From IMG/VR virus record IMGVR_UViG_3300030098_004510: a stretch of DNA of 64,000 bases; one strand, written 5' to 3'. Position numbers and translations under genes: made by a program. This DNA comes from an uncultured virus (IMG/VR IMGVR_UViG_3300030098_004510) (Duplodnaviria > Heunggongvirae > Uroviricota > Caudoviricetes). The notes under the pieces were generated by a model, which was not told the DNA's origin, searched no databases, and saw only the letters and a list, made by a program, of their open reading frames with translations. Shown in pieces: positions 1 to 9,830 of this stretch (the stretch's first letter is position 1; each line of letters starts with the position of its first letter).

Positions 1-307
1 TTTTTATATGCTCAGGAACACCGCGTGGTCCATATTGATAAATATCATAAACTGTTTCTGCACCGCCTTTAACTGCATCCCAAAAACCACCTAGTATGGC
101 GTCTTTTGCATCACCACTTTTTTTTCTTATGCGATCTATTCTTGCTTCAGCATCAGTAATTGGAACAGTTTTTCTAAAGTCTACATACTCAGTATCTTTA
201 GCACCAATAACTTTTTCCTTTCCTACATCTCCCATTAATAATTCAGAGATACCATCGGAAGATAAAGGGTTTACAACATTTAAACCTTTTTTAATTAAGT
301 CAGCCAT
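1..307 (-). CDS. N-terminal part of large virion/ejection protein (runs off window)
   Basis: ATG at 307 overlaps stop of upstream gene; frame MADLIKKGLNVV... open to position 1. Confidence 0.7.
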   Translation of the reverse strand, partial: MADLIKKGLNVVNPLSSDGISELLMGDVGKEKVIGAKDTEYVDFRKTVPITDAEARIDRIRKKSGDAKDAILGGFWDAVKGGAETVYDIYQYGPRGVPEHIK

Positions 308-2577
308 TATTTATATAGTTCCATTAATTCACCAAAATCTGCAGGCCCTGTAACATCTACTTCATTTGTTCCAGAGTAAATACTATTATTTCCAGTTGAA
401 AGTGTTTGATTTTCATCTGGGAATTGTCCTAAAAATCCTAAACTAATTCCTTGGTCTATTGCTTCTGGTCCAACGAATCCTAAATAAGAATCGTTATATC
501 CTTGAATTGTAAGTGGTTGTCCTAATCTACCAACACCAAATTGTGTGTCAGGTTTCATACCAGCTCTCATTGCATGTGTAGCATAAGCATTGTATAGACG
601 TTTTACAAACATATGCATTTTATTTGCATACTGTTTTGGATCACCTGAAGTTAACACTTTATCATTGCTTAAATTACTAATTGAAGTTTGAATTGTATCT
701 GCAAGTAGACGACCAGTAGGCTGTTTCAAACGTGCTTCCAAGAAACCCATCATATTAATCATTTGCTGATTAATATCATAAAATTGATTATCCATTAAGT
801 TTCTTACATATTGTTCGGTAGCAAAATTACCTTCTCTAATGTTTCCAGTTCCGTCATCATATTTACCAAACTGCACATCTTTTTGACCACCATGTGCTTT
901 TGTTGCAACGTTTCCTTCACCGGCAAGTAAACCCATTTGTGAGTTAACTAAGCCTTGCATTGTGTCTTCTGTTTGTGATCTCATCATTCCATACATGCCA
1001 GACATAGCATTAGATGCTGTTTTATTATTCGGGAAGAAAGTATTAAAGAAGTTTTGAACATCTCTAGTAACAAATCTAGCAGTCTTTAAAGCAAGACCAG
1101 CTGAGCCTGTTTGGAAGTTACCTGAATGAACACCTATTTCAGGGTCAGTTACAAAGTTTAAAATTTGTTCAAGGTTACTTTTGTATACACCAGCAAGTAA
1201 GGATTGTTCACCACGTTGTGCTTTAGTAAGATTTTGATCACCCATACCAGCAGCTTTCATACCTGCATCAGTCATATTAAATGGAACAACTTGAATATTA
1301 GGATCACCTAAAGCTATTATACTTAAAGCTTCTGGTGATTTAGAAAATACTTGTTTTACATTTGTCCAGTTATCAATCATTTCTCCATTAGGACCAATAA
1401 ACGGAGTGTTCATTTGAATCATAGATAAATCCCCTGGAGGATTCATCGCATTTTTATAATTTTCTTTAGTGACCCAATCATCTAATTTATACTGTTCTTT
1501 CCAAACCCAATCAGTTAAATCGTCTGCACGTTTTCTTTTTGCTGCACGATCTTCTCGTAGCATTTCGTAAGCCGCAAGTGCAATTTCTTTATCTTCTTTT
1601 CGTTTGTTCTGCATGTGTTGCATCCACATAGGAAGAACTTGTTGTCCGGTTTTACCTAATATTTCAGCAAAACCAGCAAACCCTGGTTGATTAGATTTGC
1701 CTGCCATCATACCTAAACCAAGTTGCATTAACATAAGAGGTCCCATTGTCCCATCTTCTTTACCCATAATGCCTTGGAGCTCGGCTTTATAATCTTCAAT
1801 TGATTTTTCTGATATAGTATCATCAACTGCCAGCACCTCTGATTTTAAATCAGGAATTGGTCCACCTGCAGCACCTACAGTGGTTCCAGTGCCATCATAT
1901 TCATCATTAGAATCTAAATCTGCTACACTATCATCAGGAATATTATCACTACCAGGAACTATTGGTCCTTCTACTTCTGGTATAACACCACTAGCAGTTG
2001 GTCCTTCTGTTGTCCCTGTTTGTGTTTCTGTTTCTGATTCAACAGTTGATCCTGCTTCTACATCTACATTAGACGCAGCTTCAGAATGGTCCGTGGTCCA
2101 ATTGTCTAGCATCGAGTATGTAAATGGATAAGCAAGTTGTTCAGTTATTTTTCTTCCTGTAGGCATTTTAGGAATAGCTTTCCAATGATCTATAACTTCT
2201 TGTGGTAATCCTTTAACACCTTTTACACCACTAGCTTCTAGTGCTGTTAAATTATGTTTATTTCTTAAGTTATTTAATTTACCACTCCATTCCTGTAATC
2301 TAAAATCATATGTATCTGCACCAGGTCTTCCTTTTTTATTAAGAGGTGCAAAATTTCTAGGGCCAGTTTTTCCAACCACAGGATTTTGTATTCCTGCTGC
2401 TCTTGGATTAACCATTCTATTTATGTTGTATGGAATATTTGAAAATTTAGGAGCGTAATATTTTGCTGCTCTATACACTTGTGGTGCAGCTCTAAGTATA
2501 CCACCAATAAATTTAGCTTGTCTCATCTGACCATCAGGTCCGCGTTTAAACATAGGACGATTAAGTGTCTTGCTCAT
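307..2577 (-). CDS. Putative internal virion (ejection) protein, 756 aa
   Basis: Long ORF at end of tail module; N-terminal MSKTLNRPMFKRG, acidic linker, hydrophobic LMLMQLGLGMMAG segment. Confidence 0.6.
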   Translation of the reverse strand: MSKTLNRPMFKRGPDGQMRQAKFIGGILRAAPQVYRAAKYYAPKFSNIPYNINRMVNPRAAGIQNPVVGKTGPRNFAPLNKKGRPGADTYDFRLQEWSGKLNNLRNKHNLTALEASGVKGVKGLPQEVIDHWKAIPKMPTGRKITEQLAYPFTYSMLDNWTTDHSEAASNVDVEAGSTVESETETQTGTTEGPTASGVIPEVEGPIVPGSDNIPDDSVADLDSNDEYDGTGTTVGAAGGPIPDLKSEVLAVDDTISEKSIEDYKAELQGIMGKEDGTMGPLMLMQLGLGMMAGKSNQPGFAGFAEILGKTGQQVLPMWMQHMQNKRKEDKEIALAAYEMLREDRAAKRKRADDLTDWVWKEQYKLDDWVTKENYKNAMNPPGDLSMIQMNTPFIGPNGEMIDNWTNVKQVFSKSPEALSIIALGDPNIQVVPFNMTDAGMKAAGMGDQNLTKAQRGEQSLLAGVYKSNLEQILNFVTDPEIGVHSGNFQTGSAGLALKTARFVTRDVQNFFNTFFPNNKTASNAMSGMYGMMRSQTEDTMQGLVNSQMGLLAGEGNVATKAHGGQKDVQFGKYDDGTGNIREGNFATEQYVRNLMDNQFYDINQQMINMMGFLEARLKQPTGRLLADTIQTSISNLSNDKVLTSGDPKQYANKMHMFVKRLYNAYATHAMRAGMKPDTQFGVGRLGQPLTIQGYNDSYLGFVGPEAIDQGISLGFLGQFPDENQTLSTGNNSIYSGTNEVDVTGPADFGELMELYK

Positions 2578-3444
2578 TTAAACTCCTGTTGGTTGTGAGT
2601 TTTGGTATCCTTGATATGCTGCTAACCCTGTGATTCCCATTCCAATTGCTTGTGACATTGGATTGGCTTGTGGTGTAGTTGCCATTGTCAATGATGAAGC
2701 ACTTGTTGGAGCACCTTGATAGATGTCTGATACAAATCCTAATCGTTGATATGGTTCGTACATTTGTTGTAATTTTTGTCTGTAGTCAGCGTCAAATGCT
2801 TGTTGAGAAAGTTGTTGTTGTCTTCCACCAGTTTGTAGAAGAGTGTTAATATCTTGACCTGCAAGACCTTGTTGTTGAGCACCTAATGCCGCTTGAGTTT
2901 GTGCTGCACCACCGAAAACTTGATTTGCCATGGATTGAGCTTGGTTATAAGCTTGAGCCTGTGCTTCTCCTACTGCTCTTGCTCTTTGTCCTGCAAGTTC
3001 AGAAGCTGCAATTCCTTGTCTCGCTCCTCCAAATGCACCAGCTTGAGCTGCTGCTAAGTTCTGTTGATTTTCTGATTTTGCAAATTGATCTTCTATTGAA
3101 CGTATAACTTCATCTTGATAAGGATTCATGAAATCTTTGTATGCTGTTGGATCTGCTGCTTTTTGTGCAAAGCTTGCTGCACGATCCATGTATGGTTGAT
3201 ATGAACCTATTCCTGAAGATGCTAAATTAAATGCTGTTTGTTGTTGTGGATCAAATGCTGCAATTTGTTGAGTTGGTATTTGTAATCCAGCGTAAGATGG
3301 TTGTTCTCCTTGCGCTAATCTTCCTGCAATATCCATTAATCCAAGCTTACGTGCTTGAATTTCAGGTGCTTCCATTTGATATGACTGTTGCGCCGTTACT
3401 GGAGGAGTACTTACATTTGGATCTCCAAAACTTGGTAAACTCAT
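2578..3444 (-). CDS. Putative DNA ejection/pilot protein, Gln/Ala-rich
   Basis: FMNPYQDEVI and GAFGGARQGIA motifs, C-terminal hydrophobic helix, typical of podovirus ejection proteins. Confidence 0.65.
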   Translation of the reverse strand: MSLPSFGDPNVSTPPVTAQQSYQMEAPEIQARKLGLMDIAGRLAQGEQPSYAGLQIPTQQIAAFDPQQQTAFNLASSGIGSYQPYMDRAASFAQKAADPTAYKDFMNPYQDEVIRSIEDQFAKSENQQNLAAAQAGAFGGARQGIAASELAGQRARAVGEAQAQAYNQAQSMANQVFGGAAQTQAALGAQQQGLAGQDINTLLQTGGRQQQLSQQAFDADYRQKLQQMYEPYQRLGFVSDIYQGAPTSASSLTMATTPQANPMSQAIGMGITGLAAYQGYQNSQPTGV

Positions 3445-3896
3445 AATTTTTTCCTATATGTTTTGCTAGTCATTTCCATGCCTAATCTCTTAGCCATAGC
3501 GTCAAACTTATTTATATCACCGTTTGTTGATGGTTCAAATAAAACTTCGTCTGCCTTCATTGTCTTAGCCCACTCAATAAATTTTTTCATTAACGTGATT
3601 GCAACCATGCTACCACGATATTCCGGCAATACACATAATTCATTTTCACGAGCAACAAGTTTATTCATAAACCTATACTCACCAATTTGACCTATGAGAA
3701 AGCCAGCTTTTTTATCATCCTTTAACCCTATAAGTCCACACATATAGAGGGGATGATTCGCGACATGGTGAAGATATTTTTTTATCTTCTCATCATCGTA
3801 CTCTCCTTCTTTCCACTCCGACTCAGCAAACATTTGTTTGCCAACCTTATTTACCCACTCTATATCTTCAAGAGTGAGAAATCTCCAATCTATCAT
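3441..3896 (-). CDS. GNAT-fold acetyltransferase-like protein
   Basis: LCVLPEYRGSMVAITLMKKFIEWAK acetyl-CoA-binding motif A. Confidence 0.75.
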   Translation of the reverse strand: MIDWRFLTLEDIEWVNKVGKQMFAESEWKEGEYDDEKIKKYLHHVANHPLYMCGLIGLKDDKKAGFLIGQIGEYRFMNKLVARENELCVLPEYRGSMVAITLMKKFIEWAKTMKADEVLFEPSTNGDINKFDAMAKRLGMEMTSKTYRKKL

Positions 3897-4951
3897 CCAT
3901 GCCCAACATAATTCATCTCTCCAGGTGTTTGGGAATTAGGATCTAAACGATTCATCATTGAATACATTCTTTTCGCTCCTTCCATACGGTCACCACCGCC
4001 TAAGTTCTCTACAGCTTTCGCTGTGACAACAAACTCTCCGTCACTTAACATTGCCGGTACATCATCAGATGTTCCAGTGCCTGGTCCTATGGAATGACCA
4101 CCACTACGCATGTCTAAATCAGCTATGCCACCAGTTGCTTGGCTTTGTCTTAAAGCTTTGTCTGTTGGTGCACCTGCTGATCCTGGTGCTCTCATTTTTT
4201 CTCCACTACCACCAGCAATACGTTTTCTTTTAGCATGTATGTTTGCCCATAAACCATCTTTAGCGTGAACTCTTGCTATGCCACCACTATTCATCATTAA
4301 TTCTTCATCATAATTTTCACTTACTTCCATCATGCCACCACGTGCTGCCATTGGAATATCAATATCTAATTGTGGAACAATCTCTTCCATAAATTCGTCA
4401 AATGACATACTACTAGGAATTTCCCCAGAACCAATCATATTACTATACATATCATGCCAACCTTCCATTGGATGTGGTTCTGACATCGCTACTTCTTCAC
4501 CCATTTCTTCTATAACTTCTCCTCCCATTTCATATCCTGGAAGTTGAGCTATTCCACCTCTTGCTAAACCAAAAAATTTATTAGGGGTTAAAAAGTTTTT
4601 AGAATCAGCTACATCGTAGCCAGCTATTTTATTTAATCTTGCAATTCTTCTCTCTTCTTCTTCATCTAGCCATCTTCTTCTACCAGCTAGCGCTGCTTGG
4701 TTTGCTTCTTGTTGACCAGCCATTTCAGTTCCCATGCCAATCATTGCAGCTGGAACTAAATTTCCCATCATGCTTTTTCCAAAACCAAAGATGCCACCTT
4801 TTCCGCCTACGCCACCTATGCCTTTACCAAAAAAATGTCCTCCAATTCCACCAAGAGCTGCACCAGTAAGTGCACCTTTAAGCATGTTGCCACCACGTTG
4901 TTTAGCACCTAATGCTCCAATTAATGCTCCTATTCCTAATGCACCTAACAT
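3893..4951 (-). CDS. Modular virion protein with repeated xxGG motifs
   Basis: Gly-rich hydrophobic N-terminus; C-terminal GPGTGTSDDVPAMLSDGEFVV module common in phage virion proteins. Confidence 0.65.
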   Translation of the reverse strand: MLGALGIGALIGALGAKQRGGNMLKGALTGAALGGIGGHFFGKGIGGVGGKGGIFGFGKSMMGNLVPAAMIGMGTEMAGQQEANQAALAGRRRWLDEEEERRIARLNKIAGYDVADSKNFLTPNKFFGLARGGIAQLPGYEMGGEVIEEMGEEVAMSEPHPMEGWHDMYSNMIGSGEIPSSMSFDEFMEEIVPQLDIDIPMAARGGMMEVSENYDEELMMNSGGIARVHAKDGLWANIHAKRKRIAGGSGEKMRAPGSAGAPTDKALRQSQATGGIADLDMRSGGHSIGPGTGTSDDVPAMLSDGEFVVTAKAVENLGGGDRMEGAKRMYSMMNRLDPNSQTPGEMNYVGHG

Positions 4952-5199
4952 TATACGTCTCCTGCTTTACCTTCTAATATTTTGTGAATTGCTGCTTGGA
5001 TAACTACATCTTGTCTGATGTGTTCCGCTTTTGTAGCAGTTGCAGGATCTGCAACATCGTCTTCAGCTTCTTTAGCTGAACCGTATTCCTGTCCTGTTTC
5101 CGTATTGGTGATAGTTATTTCTGCTGGAACGACAATCTTTGGTACCTGTTCGCCGTCAATCTCAACGTACTCTACTACTCCGTCATCTTTTATAGGCAT
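4951..5199 (-). CDS. Hypothetical virion-module protein
   Basis: AGGAGAG RBS, coupled to next gene. Confidence 0.7.
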   Translation of the reverse strand: MPIKDDGVVEYVEIDGEQVPKIVVPAEITITNTETGQEYGSAKEAEDDVADPATATKAEHIRQDVVIQAAIHKILEGKAGDV

Positions 5200-5239
5200 A
5201 ATCTCTCCTTATAGCAAGTATTTTGTATGTTTTCAATCA

Positions 5240-5557
5240 TTATGATATCTCCAATAAGCTTAAATACACAGTGATTGGCTGTGCGTTTGTGTTAATTTTT
5301 AATATGTCTCCTGCTTCCAATACACCTATATCACCAGAACCTAGATAAAACCATGATTTTGTGTATTTATCTGCTACAGCGCCATCATAAGCAATGGTTG
5401 TAGTATTGATTTTTAACGTCAATTGTGCTGAACCACCAGAACCATTATACACCCATGCTGTTTTAACGATAGCTGTCGTAGCTGTAGGACATGTATATAT
5501 ACTATGGTCACCCGTAGACGACTTAGTTACCATTACCTTTTTATATGCGTTAGCCAT
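5240..5557 (-). CDS. Small tail structural protein
   Basis: Beta-rich ORF, coupled start/stop. Confidence 0.65.
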   Translation of the reverse strand: MANAYKKVMVTKSSTGDHSIYTCPTATTAIVKTAWVYNGSGGSAQLTLKINTTTIAYDGAVADKYTKSWFYLGSGDIGVLEAGDILKINTNAQPITVYLSLLEIS

Positions 5558-5727
5558 TATGCAATAAACCAGTTAAAAGCTTCATCATCATTACGAAGTG
5601 TTTCTGGTGTGTAAGAACTATTTAATAATTGCACTAGCTGATCTAGTGTTTGTATTAATTGATTAATTTGCGCTTCATTATATTCAGAAGGTGCTTGTGG
5701 TAATCTTGGTATATTTATCTGTGCCAT
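5557..5727 (-). CDS. Small tail protein (start revised to MAQINIPRLPQAP)
   Basis: ATG at 5727 overlaps TAA of upstream gene. Confidence 0.65.
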   Translation of the reverse strand: MAQINIPRLPQAPSEYNEAQINQLIQTLDQLVQLLNSSYTPETLRNDDEAFNWFIA

Positions 5728-7595
5728 TATCTCATACCATCCGGTTGTACATCTGCACGATACGTGCCATATCGCCATGCTGTGTCAATAGCAGATGTTG
5801 ATATTTTTATAGAAGCTTGTCTTCCACGTGCACGTGTATCAACTTTAGTTGTTGATGTTGTAACTGAGTAAGGTCCATTAGTGGTAGCAGTGCTTGCAGG
5901 GTATAATTTAAAATTAAGTTCTACATTAACTGTTCCTTGTTGGTTTTTAAAATCAGGAATAAATCTTTTTATTGACATCAATCTTTCACCAGCTTCAGGA
6001 ATAACAAAATCACCAGATGTAACATGTGAAGCTAAAGCTACACCATCAGCATCATTACCATTTTCTTGTGCATACATATAACTTCTACCTGCTGTTAAAC
6101 CAGTTATTGTACTGATTGTGCTAGTTGTGTCTGTAGATGAATAATCAAGAGCATATGGAAAACCATACACTCCTTTATCAGACCATGAAGATCTAGCTAA
6201 AGTTCCTATACTCCATACATTTTCTTGATAATTAAAAGTTACACAACGATCAATAACGTTAGACCCACTAGAACAATAGAACCACGTTACCTCATTAAAC
6301 TCTGTATTTAAACCAGCAAATGTATCTTTTTGTGATGCTTCATCTATATCTTTAAATACATAATCTTCTACGCTGCACGGTATTTTTTGCACTGAACCAT
6401 CAAATGCAAAGAAAGAATCTATGCCCATCCAGAATGATCTACCATTAGATTCAACAGCTGCGTGTAATCCTACACACCCACAAGCAGAACCTAATTGTTG
6501 AAAACCAAAAACAAATGGAGCTCCAATTAAAGACATTTGATATAATGCAGTATCAGACCAAATTAATACAGCACCACGTGAACGTTTAGCTGTAACAAGT
6601 TTTGATCCATCTGTTAATCTTTGTGAGCCTGCAGTGTTTGTAGCTGTTGGTGCCCATTCATTAACATTTTCTTGATCAGACCAACGTATAAACATATCAT
6701 CTCTAGTTGAGGGTGTACCTATTGTTGTCTCTGTTCCAAAACAAATGACATGTCTATCTGTACCTGAAACTAATACAAACCTACTAGATGTAGGTGCATT
6801 TGATACTGTGGAACTAACTGCACGTTGAACTGTTGAAGTACTAGCAGAAGTATCCCAGTAATATAAACCACCATTAAGTTGTTGTGCTAATACATCTTCA
6901 CCCCAGTTGTCCAAAGACCATTTACCTGAGTCTAATTGTACTGAATCCGGTGCTGCAAGACCAGCTCTAGTTGTACCCCATGTAGATAATCCCCACGTTC
7001 CTGCACCCCATCCATAACCTAATATAGAAAAAGCAGGATTAGTATTTAATTGATATTCTGCTGTGCCTGTAACACCACTAGCACCAGTGCCACTTGCAGC
7101 AGCTTTAGCAATTATAACATAATTATTTGTATCAGTGACTGATTGTATTTCAAATTCACCTTCTAAATTACCAGCTGCAATACCGTTAGCTGTTCCTGAC
7201 ACACTAGATATAGTAACAAAGTCACCTTCTATAGCACCATGGGTAGCGTCTGTTACAGTGACAGTTGTAGATCCAGAAGTAGTTGTAAAATTAGTAATAG
7301 ATGCACCACTTTCTCTTATTGGTGTAATGTCATACCATGATTGGTTTTGATAAACGTAAAGCTTTTTATTTGTTCCAGTAATTGTATATTGATCGCCGTC
7401 TAGAGAAAACCACGTTATAATACCACGTGCTGCACCTACTAAAGCACTTGTAGATACTTTAGACCAACCACCTATTTTTTCTGGAAGTCCATAACGAAAA
7501 CGAACATTATCACAATCTATCCAACGCCCTTCAGCGCCGTATTCAGTATCTTGTTTGTCTATTCCTGGTGCTACCTGAACTTTGATTAGCGTCAT
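5727..7595 (-). CDS. Tail nozzle/tubular (DNA stabilisation-like) protein
   Basis: 622 aa beta-propeller-like, FIRWSDQE motif, position in tail module. Confidence 0.65.
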   Translation of the reverse strand: MTLIKVQVAPGIDKQDTEYGAEGRWIDCDNVRFRYGLPEKIGGWSKVSTSALVGAARGIITWFSLDGDQYTITGTNKKLYVYQNQSWYDITPIRESGASITNFTTTSGSTTVTVTDATHGAIEGDFVTISSVSGTANGIAAGNLEGEFEIQSVTDTNNYVIIAKAAASGTGASGVTGTAEYQLNTNPAFSILGYGWGAGTWGLSTWGTTRAGLAAPDSVQLDSGKWSLDNWGEDVLAQQLNGGLYYWDTSASTSTVQRAVSSTVSNAPTSSRFVLVSGTDRHVICFGTETTIGTPSTRDDMFIRWSDQENVNEWAPTATNTAGSQRLTDGSKLVTAKRSRGAVLIWSDTALYQMSLIGAPFVFGFQQLGSACGCVGLHAAVESNGRSFWMGIDSFFAFDGSVQKIPCSVEDYVFKDIDEASQKDTFAGLNTEFNEVTWFYCSSGSNVIDRCVTFNYQENVWSIGTLARSSWSDKGVYGFPYALDYSSTDTTSTISTITGLTAGRSYMYAQENGNDADGVALASHVTSGDFVIPEAGERLMSIKRFIPDFKNQQGTVNVELNFKLYPASTATTNGPYSVTTSTTKVDTRARGRQASIKISTSAIDTAWRYGTYRADVQPDGMR

Positions 7596-7603
7596 TTAGT
7601 CTC

Positions 7604-8419
7604 CTATACAGCGCTATCGTAAAATCTAATCCAACGCTCAGTACCGTTAATTCTAACCCTTATTGCTCCTGCTTTACTTCCAGCAGTAGCGGAAGATGAA
7701 GATAAACTTTTGGATCCATCAGCTGCTGATGTGCCTACATAGTTAATAAATGCATAATCCTGGTCTAACTGTTCAATTTCAATAACAGGTTGTGCACCTG
7801 AAGCTGACGCTTGTTTAACATGTAATTTACCATTAGGTGCTGCAACTCCAACACCAACACGATCTGTGCTTGCATCAGTTTGTAAAAGAGTTGTATCTGT
7901 ATCTCCTTCAAATACTGCATCTCTATCTGCACCAGCTTGGTTAAATACAAATGCGCCACCATCTAAACTTACATCACCTGCAACACTTAATGTGCCAGAC
8001 AATGATAAGTTAGGTAAATTTTCTGGGATATGATAAGCAGTTGTTCCATCCGTATAAATAAAATGTAAACAAGTATTAGTTAATGTTACCGGTGTTCCAC
8101 CAGCAGGACCAAAAGTAAGAGAATTACCAGCTCTTGTTGTTGAATCTTTTATAACATACCAGTTAGGATTTGCTTCACAAGTTAGTGCTGTTGCACCACC
8201 AAGTGTCCCTGTTAAATTTAAAACTGCTCTACTTTGTTGGTCACCTGTACCACCACTAGCAACAGTTAACGCCTGGGATGTCCCTGTAATAGCTACAGAT
8301 GTATACCCCTTAATTGCATTTTCTATTTTTTCTAAGTTATCGTTTGTTTTGCTACCCCATGTACCAGCGTTTGCACCAGTTGTCTGGAGGTCTAAATTTA
8401 ATATTGTCGAATCAGCCAT
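7604..8419 (-). CDS. Tail fibre/baseplate-like structural protein
   Basis: N-terminal LDLQTTGANAGTWGSKTNDNL motif seen in phage tail proteins. Confidence 0.6.
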   Translation of the reverse strand: MADSTILNLDLQTTGANAGTWGSKTNDNLEKIENAIKGYTSVAITGTSQALTVASGGTGDQQSRAVLNLTGTLGGATALTCEANPNWYVIKDSTTRAGNSLTFGPAGGTPVTLTNTCLHFIYTDGTTAYHIPENLPNLSLSGTLSVAGDVSLDGGAFVFNQAGADRDAVFEGDTDTTLLQTDASTDRVGVGVAAPNGKLHVKQASASGAQPVIEIEQLDQDYAFINYVGTSAADGSKSLSSSSATAGSKAGAIRVRINGTERWIRFYDSAV

Positions 8420-8428
8420 ATTATCTCC

Positions 8429-9064
8429 TTATCCTGTTGGAACGACAGTCCATGTGTTTGTGCTGGAATCATCTACACCATTCCAGATTGTTAGTTTAGG
8501 GTCACCTACAGCAGAAGTTATTGCTACCCCAGTTGGAATTACCACTGCAGATCCAATAACAGTAACCGTGCCAAGACCAAAGGTTGCTTGAACACCAGTA
8601 GGAAAATACCTAGATTCTAATGTAACATCTCCAACACTAAATGTCGAGGAAACTCCAGTTGGCGATACAACAGCTGTACCACTAACACTTACATCTCCTA
8701 CACTAAAGGTTGCCGCAACACCACTTGGTTCTACAACAGCAGAACCTGAAACAGTAACTGTTCCAAGGGACGAGGTAATAGCTAAACCAGTTGGTGAAAC
8801 TACAGCCGTACCAGTGACGGTGACTGTTCCAAGGCCCATGGTCATACCAAGGCCTGTAACTGGAACCTCAGTGACTACACTAATAGTAACAGATCCTACA
8901 GAAAAAGTTGCTTGTACACCACTAGGTGTAACAAGAGCTGTGCCTGTTACAGTAGCTGTGCCAAGACTAAATGTGCCGGAAACACCTGTTGGTGTTACAA
9001 AGGTATGTTGAAAAACGTCTTCGGAAAAGGCACGCTCACCGAATGATGCGGCAGCGAAAGTCAT
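8429..9064 (-). CDS. Structural protein with about 8 x 22-aa Val/Thr/Gly repeats
   Basis: VxPTGVxxTFSVGxVTVxGxA repeats. Confidence 0.7.
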   Translation of the reverse strand: MTFAAASFGERAFSEDVFQHTFVTPTGVSGTFSLGTATVTGTALVTPSGVQATFSVGSVTISVVTEVPVTGLGMTMGLGTVTVTGTAVVSPTGLAITSSLGTVTVSGSAVVEPSGVAATFSVGDVSVSGTAVVSPTGVSSTFSVGDVTLESRYFPTGVQATFGLGTVTVIGSAVVIPTGVAITSAVGDPKLTIWNGVDDSSTNTWTVVPTG

Positions 9065-9276
9065 TAGAGTTTATCCATCTCAGCCTTGACAGCTGCCCAT
9101 GTTATTTCTGCATGAGGACAGATTTTAGAAGATGTTGCATTTTCGCCATCTATTCCTGTGTTCCATAATATATTATTATTGTAATCATCCTCTGCTTCAA
9201 TGCTTCCATTAACTGTGCATTCAACATCAGATTTTAAAACTCTTACTGCTATCCAAAATTTTTCGTGATCTTCCAT
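9064..9276 (-). CDS. Putative fibre chaperone
   Basis: Small acidic ORF coupled to RBP; ITWAAVKAEMDKL end. Confidence 0.5.
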   Translation of the reverse strand: MEDHEKFWIAVRVLKSDVECTVNGSIEAEDDYNNNILWNTGIDGENATSSKICPHAEITWAAVKAEMDKL

Positions 9277-9830
9277 TACGCTCCTATCTCCATTAAAAGA
9301 ATACCAAGTCGTGAATTACCACTATTTAAGTACCAAGTATTGGCATTAGTTTTTATATAAAGTGTATAATCTACTGCTGATGTAGTACTAGGACTATCTA
9401 TATAATTAAATGCAGTAGTTGGTTTTCCATAATTCCCAGCTTCATTTAATGCTTCAAGCATTACAGTTGTCAAATCTGAAAAACCTCCACCGCCTATTTG
9501 TCTATAAAGTTTTATTTGGCCTTCAGCTGCACCACCAGCATAACTACCACGACCTCCATTAATCCATATTGCTATTTTAGAACCTGTTGCACTAGGTGTA
9601 ATTTGATCTGTGATAACAGTTGTTACAAAGCCCGTACTAGATGTTGATATAGTATCAGTAAAAGAAGCCGATTGAGTTTGTAATATTTTACCTGGGCTAA
9701 AACTTGTCGCACCTGTGCCACCATTAGCAGTGGGAAGCGTACCTGTAACTTGACTGGCAAGGTTTAAATCACCAGTAGTATTGGTAGATAAATTTATTGC
9801 TTGATTCGGTCCTAGTCTAGTTAGTGCCAT
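9276..9830 (-). CDS. RBP/tail fibre module, class B anchor
   Basis: VTGTLPTANGGTG anchor; head domain similar to 15031-15624. Confidence 0.65.
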   Translation of the reverse strand: MALTRLGPNQAINLSTNTTGDLNLASQVTGTLPTANGGTGATSFSPGKILQTQSASFTDTISTSSTGFVTTVITDQITPSATGSKIAIWINGGRGSYAGGAAEGQIKLYRQIGGGGFSDLTTVMLEALNEAGNYGKPTTAFNYIDSPSTTSAVDYTLYIKTNANTWYLNSGNSRLGILLMEIGA

